From positions 1,170,001-1,202,000 of the forward strand of contig NC_016070.1 in NCBI RefSeq assembly GCF_000253055.1: a stretch of DNA of 32,000 nt, given 5' to 3'. Positions 26,461 to 32,000 of the stretch are shown here, piece after piece; the stretch's first letter is position 1, and the number at the start of each line of letters is the position of its first letter. The position numbers and the translations under genes were made by a program. The notes under the pieces were generated by a model. It had not been told where the DNA came from and did no database searches. It worked only from the letters and a program-made list of their open reading frames with translations. Origin of the DNA: Thermoproteus tenax Kra 1 (GTDB taxonomy: Archaea > Thermoproteota > Thermoprotei > Thermoproteales > Thermoproteaceae).

Positions 26461-27489
26461 TCATTCCTTAATGGCCTTGACTAATCCAACTCTTCCTAAG
26501 TTGTTACTACTTATTAATGGGCTCTTAATTTTCACGATATATTTTGATAAACTGTTAAGCCTATCTTTCCAAGTCTTCCTTATGCTTAGTTCTCTCTTTA
26601 AATTCTTCATAATGTGCATTAATATTCTTATGATCAATATTGCCCTTAATCTATTGCTTCTCTTCAGCGACTTAAGTATATTGGTAATTATTTCAAATGA
26701 TAGATATAACGTTAGTGTAAATATAAGGAGCTTGGTTGGTAGGTAACGTATTGATGTAAACCATTTATTGCGGTTTGCGAAGTACCAAGATACCCAATTA
26801 ATGCCCTTCGTCTCAGCCATACCCCTCTTATGGTAGTAAACAGCACCGGGATAAGCAACAACCTTGTAGCCCATGAGTATAGCTCTTGAGCACAAGTCAA
26901 TCTCATCGTGGTACATAAAGAACTCCGAAGGAAAACCGCCCAACGCTTCAAATACCTCTCTTCTAACAATCATAGCCGAACCAGAAGCCCAAAGAACCGG
27001 AAGCGCTATATTCAATTTCATGACCTTATCCTCAAGGCCTGTTACATCGACTTCCACAGCCCTACCATAGGAGTCGATGAAGCCACCAAGGCTTGAGAAA
27101 GAGCCGTTGAGCGACCTCTGGAGGCCTTGGGCAATGGCAATGCGCTTGTCCCTCTCCATGATGCTGACCAACTTGGCAACGTAATCCCTCTCTAATATAG
27201 CATCGGGGTTCATAAAGAGAATGTACCTCACGTCACGTGGTAGGTGCTTAACGGCTAAGTTATTGCCGAGGCAGAATCCGTAGTTCTCGCCTAAACTAAC
27301 AACCTTAACCCTACCGCTGTACTTAGCAGTGACATATTCAACACTGTCGTCTGTTGAGCCATTGTCGGCGAACAAAACCTCGACCTTGCCATAACTCTGA
27401 TTAATAGCGGACTCAATGGCTCTATCCAAAAGCTCGCCAAGAAACCTCCTGCCATTATAATTTAAAATCACAATGCCGACTTTAGGCAT
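26461..27489 (-). CDS. GT2 glycosyltransferase
   Basis: 342 aa. VGIVILNYNGRRFL, VLFADNGSTDDS, ILFMNPDA and YHDEIDLCSRAILMGYKVV. Confidence 0.88.
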   Translation of the reverse strand: MPKVGIVILNYNGRRFLGELLDRAIESAINQSYGKVEVLFADNGSTDDSVEYVTAKYSGRVKVVSLGENYGFCLGNNLAVKHLPRDVRYILFMNPDAILERDYVAKLVSIMERDKRIAIAQGLQRSLNGSFSSLGGFIDSYGRAVEVDVTGLEDKVMKLNIALPVLWASGSAMIVRREVFEALGGFPSEFFMYHDEIDLCSRAILMGYKVVAYPGAVYYHKRGMAETKGINWVSWYFANRNKWFTSIRYLPTKLLIFTLTLYLSFEIITNILKSLKRSNRLRAILIIRILMHIMKNLKRELSIRKTWKDRLNSLSKYIVKIKSPLISSNNLGRVGLVKAIKE

Positions 27490-27586
27490 TTCTACAAATT
27501 ACATCTCTTTTGCAAAACATTATTAACTTAGGAATAACTTTTTCCCAACAAAACCTTAACATTGTAGTTGAGGACTATTACATATA

Positions 27587-28537
27587 CTAATGGCTCTTCC
27601 TCCAATGCCATATGTTCGTTCTACGGGCTTCTGTTCCGTACATCACTCCCTCTATTACTCCCTTTACGCCGTATATCAATACCTTCGGCTTTCTTGTCCT
27701 TAACGCCCACGTCGTCGCCTCTATCGTCCTGTATATTATGTGTGGTATTAGGTATGGCCCCACCATGTTTATGTTCTTCGTTAGGTAGTATATCTCGCTC
27801 CTGTATATCCCCTCTAGGTGGCTTGGGTCCCTAGCTAGTTTAATCGCCCTCTTTGTCGCCTGTCTTGTGAAGTGGTAGGATACTGCCCTCGGGTTCATGA
27901 TTATTTTGAAGCCAGACGCCCTTATTCTCAATGCCAAGTCGAAGTCCTCCCCCTGTATTGGCTCCTCGAGGGCCTCGTCGTATAGCCCTGCCCTAACTAG
28001 CACCTCCTTCTTGCACGCAACGCTCATTGTGAACACCGGCACCTCGTAGAGGCCGTCGCCCAGGTATTTCACCTGCCTTGGGAATAACGCCTCGTGTACC
28101 GTCAACTTGCTTAGCAACCTGGCCGCGAGACCCGCCAGCCCTCCTCTTTTCTTTAGGCCCTCTTGGTGTACCCATATGCAGTTTGTGTATACACATCCTG
28201 CGTCCTTATGCTCGTCGAACGTCTTCACTACCTCCTCTACGAAGTTTCTCCTGAGCACTAGGTCGTCCTCGAGTAAGAAGATTATGTCTCCCTTGGCCTC
28301 AGCTATTGCCTTGTTGGCCGTCTTCCCCTTGTGCCAGTAGCCCGTCTCTATGACTCTGTGCGGCCCGCCGCCTAGGTGTTCGCTCAGCAATTGTCTCAGC
28401 TTCGCTCCGCTTGTCTCCGTCGCTATTATGACTTCGTCTGGCTTCACCGTCTGTTTAGCTATGGACTTCAAGAGTGCGTCTATGTATGTTAACCTATCGC
28501 TTGTCCCCGCCGTAAGTATTATGACGCTTATGGTCAC
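27587..28537 (-). CDS. GT2 glycosyltransferase
   Basis: 316 aa. ISVIILTAGTSDRL, IFLLEDDLV and GEDFDLALRIRASGFKI. Confidence 0.85.
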   Translation of the reverse strand: MTISVIILTAGTSDRLTYIDALLKSIAKQTVKPDEVIIATETSGAKLRQLLSEHLGGGPHRVIETGYWHKGKTANKAIAEAKGDIIFLLEDDLVLRRNFVEEVVKTFDEHKDAGCVYTNCIWVHQEGLKKRGGLAGLAARLLSKLTVHEALFPRQVKYLGDGLYEVPVFTMSVACKKEVLVRAGLYDEALEEPIQGEDFDLALRIRASGFKIIMNPRAVSYHFTRQATKRAIKLARDPSHLEGIYRSEIYYLTKNINMVGPYLIPHIIYRTIEATTWALRTRKPKVLIYGVKGVIEGVMYGTEARRTNIWHWRKSH

Positions 28538-28949
28538 GAATTGGCGCAGCGCTCTAAGAGTTTTTCGTACGCCTCGACTTGGTTTAGTAGCAGTTCTGCA
28601 TCTAGCGCGTCTACGCCCTTGATGTAGTTGATGAACGCCTTCACGTTGTACGCAATGGCGTCTCTGGGAGTTTTCCCAACGGCGGCTTCAAGAGCTAGTT
28701 TTAGGTACGGCGTTAAGCTCAACAAGTTCTTGACGTATCTCCTACTCTTGCCCAACTTTAGCAACGTCTTGCCTGTCGGGTTTACGAGCAGATAGCCGCG
28801 CTCGCCCTCTACTATCCTTAGGGCGAATTGCTTGGCTCCTTCCCGGTTGATGTCGACCACAGCTACTATTTTGGCTTTGTTCCTCTTCCATGCCCGGCGT
28901 GGTGCTCGGCGGCGAATCCTGCTCCGATTATCCCGACTTTAAGCGGCAT
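28534..28949 (-). pseudogene. Gfo/Idh/MocA-type sugar oxidoreductase remnant (frameshifted and internally shortened)
   Basis: ATG at 28949 gives MPLKVGIIGAGFAAEHHAG... (Rossmann start) and stops after 27 aa. A 1-nt shift near 28890-28900 continues AWKRNKAKIVAVVDINREGAKQFA...LSLTPYLKLALEAAVGK. The total is only about 138 codons, whereas full-length members of this family are, from memory, roughly 300-350 aa. Confidence 0.55.
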
Positions 28950-30157
28950 TATAGCTTTGACAACGCTCTGTTGAAATCTTTTACGAAGGAATGCCACGAA
29001 AAAACTTTGTATGCCTCACTCCTTATATGCCATGGATCGTAGTCGTTAATATTGTCTATTACGTACTCCAGCTTCCTCAAAAATATCGCTAGATCCCTCT
29101 CCGTGTTTATGTAGGGCGCCGCCACCGCGCCGATACTCGGCATCGTTTCTCTAGGCATTTCGAGAAATGTCGAGGCCACTACGGGCTTTCCCAGGGCCAT
29201 GGCTTCCATCACAGCCACGCCCGGCCCGCCGTAGTAGCCCGGAGTCGCCGGCAGTATATATACGTCTGACGCCTTCACTATCTTTATGAACTCTGCGTGA
29301 GGTAGATAGGGGTAGGCCGTTATGCCCAGCCTCCTGTAGAGCTCCAAGCTCCTCCCCGAGACGCCCGTGACGACCATGGCCGCTTTGTCTCCGTATCTAT
29401 CCCTCAGCCACCTCCATATCAATGGCGCCAAGCGGGCCCCTTTAATGTAGCCGGCCTCCTCTCCGAAGACTCCCATGTAGCTCGCCACAACGACGGCATC
29501 TTTAGGCATCTTGAGCTCTTCTCTTATCCTCTCCTTTTCCTCAGGGCTCGGCGGCTTTAGTCTGTCAAAGTCTACTGCCATCGTTCTGAACACAACCTCG
29601 GCATCTACGCCGAGTATGTCCTCTAAGTATTCCTTCTCTCTGATGTTGACGACGAATATCACCCCCTTCACCTTCTTCAACAGACTCTCCCTCTTCAGTT
29701 TTGAGACCTCTTTGATCATATCTATTGGGCTTAAGCCTAGTCTCCTCGTCGGCGGCCTCGCCCCGTGGTGTTGCAGTATCAATGGGCGGTCTATTAAGCT
29801 CCTTATTATCAGTTCTGAGTTCAACGCTCTATACTCATGTATGTATGGCACGTACTCCTCCCTAAGGGCCTTATGCACAACATACTTGACGAGGGCGGGG
29901 GACACCTCATCCCACTTCCAAAGTCTTCCGCTGGGCGAAAGCCTTGCGGTCGGCGTCAAGATCAGAGGCACGTCGTCGATAATTTTAACTAGGCAGTATT
30001 TGCCCCCGCTCGGCCTAACCGCCTCAACTGTGTATTCGCCGAGAGTTCTCAACGCCTTTGCCGATCTGAAGTGCCACCCCTGCCCGTCCTCCTCAGCCAA
30101 CTTGCCGTTTATCATCGGCAAAGAGTGGTGTAATACGCTGATCACTCTGCGCTCCAC
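28949..30157 (-). CDS. GT4-like glycosyltransferase
   Basis: 402 aa. C-domain ILPATPGYYGGPGVAVMEAMALGKPVVAS. The stop overlaps the downstream ATG (TAATG). Confidence 0.8.
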   Translation of the reverse strand: MERRVISVLHHSLPMINGKLAEEDGQGWHFRSAKALRTLGEYTVEAVRPSGGKYCLVKIIDDVPLILTPTARLSPSGRLWKWDEVSPALVKYVVHKALREEYVPYIHEYRALNSELIIRSLIDRPLILQHHGARPPTRRLGLSPIDMIKEVSKLKRESLLKKVKGVIFVVNIREKEYLEDILGVDAEVVFRTMAVDFDRLKPPSPEEKERIREELKMPKDAVVVASYMGVFGEEAGYIKGARLAPLIWRWLRDRYGDKAAMVVTGVSGRSLELYRRLGITAYPYLPHAEFIKIVKASDVYILPATPGYYGGPGVAVMEAMALGKPVVASTFLEMPRETMPSIGAVAAPYINTERDLAIFLRKLEYVIDNINDYDPWHIRSEAYKVFSWHSFVKDFNRALSKL

Positions 30158-30756
30158 GCCCCCCTTAGCGCCTTCTCCAGCGTTGTAAACCTCAGCCCGA
30201 GCGCCCTTAAGAAAAATACCGCCGTCTTGACTACCGGAGGTTTTTCCTGATGCATGGCCAACACCACCATCCTTGCTCTTTTTAGTTTTAGCGGAACCTT
30301 GGGCAGGTGTCTGATGCCCATGCTGCCTATCGCATATGGGTTAATCGCGTCGTTCCATCTGTTCACTCTGCCCATAGTTCTGCCGTAGGCATAATACCTT
30401 TTGACCACCTCGACTACGACGTCGTTGAACGAGCCGTACGGGTATGCGATTCCGCCGACCTCGCGCTTGGCCACCTCTTCGAGCTTCCGCTTCGACTCGG
30501 AGACCTCTCGTTCGACCTCCTCGATGGACAGCTCCGTCAAGTCTCTATGGCTCACTGTGTGCGACCCGATCTCGTGCCCCATATCTGCCATCTCTCTGAT
30601 GAGCTCAGGCCTCGTCGTCAACAGCCTCCTCCCCCTGTACTGAGTAAGCCCCGTAATTATGAAGAAGGTCGCAACGATGTCCATCTTATAAAGCATCTTA
30701 GCTATCTCGTAGTGTTCGATATAACCGTCGTCGAACGTCAATACGGCGTATCTCAC
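30142..30756 (-). CDS. Polysaccharide deacetylase (CE4 / NodB family)
   Basis: 204 aa. TFDDGY and GHEIGSHTVSH motifs. GTGA overlap with the upstream gene. Confidence 0.9.
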   Translation of the reverse strand: MRYAVLTFDDGYIEHYEIAKMLYKMDIVATFFIITGLTQYRGRRLLTTRPELIREMADMGHEIGSHTVSHRDLTELSIEEVEREVSESKRKLEEVAKREVGGIAYPYGSFNDVVVEVVKRYYAYGRTMGRVNRWNDAINPYAIGSMGIRHLPKVPLKLKRARMVVLAMHQEKPPVVKTAVFFLRALGLRFTTLEKALRGAWSAE

Positions 30757-31919
30757 ACGCCCGCCGCCTCCTTATAGACCTTTATGTAGCCCTCGGCGGT
30801 CTTGCCTATGTCGAAGTGCTCCTCGGCCGCCGCAAGGGCCCTCTGGCTGAACCTTTTATACAAGCCGTCGTCTGTCAACAACGTCGTTAGCGCTTCTGCG
30901 TATTCCCGCTCGTTGAACGTGTTCACCGCTAGGCCCGACCCAAAGCCTTCGACGAGCTCTATGGAGTAAGGCGCTCTATGGGCGACCACGGGCTTTCCCA
31001 AGGCGTAGGCCTCGGCTATCACATAGCCGAAGGACTCGTAAAGGCTTGGGTGTGTTAACAGCCTAGATCTGGCCATGATCTTAAGCGCGTCGACCCTCTT
31101 CAGCCAGCCGTGGAACACCACTCTATTATTTAGTTCAAACTTGGCGGCCAGCTCCTTGAGCACGGGCTCCTCGGGGCCGGAGCCAACTATGTGGAGTTTC
31201 GCGTCCTTGATCTCCTTGGCTACGTGTCGAAACGCCCTAATGAGTCTGGCGCCGCCCTTATACTCCATCAACCTGCTAACGAAAACAATATCCGGAGAGT
31301 CTCCCTTGACCTCGCCAACCTGTCTGCGTATCTTCCTCACAGATAAGCCGTTGTAGATGACCGTAGTCTTACTCTTAAGCTTATCCCTATCCTCAGGCGG
31401 TGTGTGGACCAGCGCATCGGCTAGGCAACTCTTGGATACGAAGACCAGCTTGTCGACCCTAGGCTTGGCGATCAACGATGCAAGAGCGCCGGGGAGCCTA
31501 TGTGTGATGTCGAAGAGCCTAAGCCAAATCCAGTCTCTGAGGGAGCCATAGACGCTCCTTAGGACTCCCAAGGATGGGCAACCGTGTATAGTAGCCACAG
31601 TAGAGGCGTGTCCGCTTAAGTGAGGCAGTAAGGCGAGTGCCCCGGTTGAGTCATGGATTACATCGAAACCATTCCTCTTGACAAGGCTCGTTATCTTGTT
31701 TGCATTGAGCATGAAGAACGTAACATCCTTAGGAGGAATCGACGGACTCCTGAATGTATTAATCTCAAGTCTGCCGTACTTAACGCTACTATCCTTATCG
31801 CCTCTAATGATAACCGTAACCTCAACACCACGTCGAGCGAGTTCTGTGGCTAGCTCATAATTAAAGGTGCCGACGCCGCCATATAATCCAAAGTCAAAGG
31901 CTAGTAATAATATTTTCAT
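30753..31919 (-). CDS. GT4 glycosyltransferase
   Basis: 388 aa. MKILLLAFDFGLYGGVG N-terminus and HPSLYESFGYVIAEAYALGKPVVAH. Confidence 0.9.
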   Translation of the reverse strand: MKILLLAFDFGLYGGVGTFNYELATELARRGVEVTVIIRGDKDSSVKYGRLEINTFRSPSIPPKDVTFFMLNANKITSLVKRNGFDVIHDSTGALALLPHLSGHASTVATIHGCPSLGVLRSVYGSLRDWIWLRLFDITHRLPGALASLIAKPRVDKLVFVSKSCLADALVHTPPEDRDKLKSKTTVIYNGLSVRKIRRQVGEVKGDSPDIVFVSRLMEYKGGARLIRAFRHVAKEIKDAKLHIVGSGPEEPVLKELAAKFELNNRVVFHGWLKRVDALKIMARSRLLTHPSLYESFGYVIAEAYALGKPVVAHRAPYSIELVEGFGSGLAVNTFNEREYAEALTTLLTDDGLYKRFSQRALAAAEEHFDIGKTAEGYIKVYKEAAGV

Positions 31920-31938
31920 CTCTTTTAAACAGTTGACT

Positions 31939-31950
31939 AATTATATTATT
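31939..31950 (-). promoter_or_regulatory. TATA-like box heading the 31919-to-27587 gene string
   Basis: Minus strand reads AATAATATAATT, then about 19 nt, then ATG at 31919, within an AT-rich intergenic region. Confidence 0.4.
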
Positions 31951-32000
31951 AAACTTGGATAAAAACACAAAAGGAGATAGTTCTTTGTCAAATATGGTCT

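Noticed and set aside
26438-26746. 102-aa plus-strand hydrophobic ORF
   Set aside because: Entirely antisense to the C-terminal part of the motif-bearing GT2 (26461-27489). The AT-rich antisense gives Leu/Ile/Phe-rich pseudo-TM sequence.
1-32000. Search by eye for CRISPR repeats, tRNA T-loop signatures (GGTTCGAATCC-like), rRNA, IS terminal inverted repeats, integrase or transposase genes
   Set aside because: None recognised. Visual scanning of 32 kb is not exhaustive, so tRNAscan, Infernal, ISfinder and a CRISPR finder should confirm this.

Overview
This is a GC-rich, archaeal-looking window. TATA-like boxes sit 18-21 nt upstream of ATG/GTG starts, which suggests leaderless transcripts, and there is an Arch_ATPase-type gene. 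A Thermoproteales-like crenarchaeon is my inference only. The left 4.5 kb holds an AAA+ ATPase, a NUDIX hydrolase, a heptad-repeat coiled-coil protein, decayed ORFs and two GC-rich stretches with no credible ORF. The rest (4.5-32 kb) is one large surface-glycan / polysaccharide biosynthesis locus, almost all on the minus strand. It contains: a complete overlapping rmlA-rmlB-rmlD-rmlC dTDP-L-rhamnose operon; an SDR sugar epimerase; a plus-strand GtrB/Dpm1-like GT2 translationally coupled to a 2-TM mini-protein; a Wzx-like flippase; a CmcI-type methyltransferase; a CE4 deacetylase; 7 apparently intact GT2 genes; 3 intact GT4 genes; and two paralogous P-loop kinase-like proteins with hydrophobic inserts. 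The locus is a compositional mosaic, with AT-rich blocks embedded in GC-rich DNA. It carries at least seven disrupted genes: a frameshifted nucleotidyltransferase, a GT4 remnant, a GT2 remnant, a frameshifted GT4, a second Wzx copy with a stop plus a frameshift, a Gfo/Idh/MocA remnant, and a GT4 gene interrupted by a clean 455-bp internal inversion. That last case is the most striking observation: re-inverting the segment in silico restores a 367-codon in-frame ORF behind an intact promoter, so it may be an inversion ON/OFF switch. I found no rRNA, tRNA, CRISPR array, transposase or integrase, and no initiating phosphoglycosyltransferase, polymerase or oligosaccharyltransferase. All family assignments rest on motifs read by eye, with no database search.
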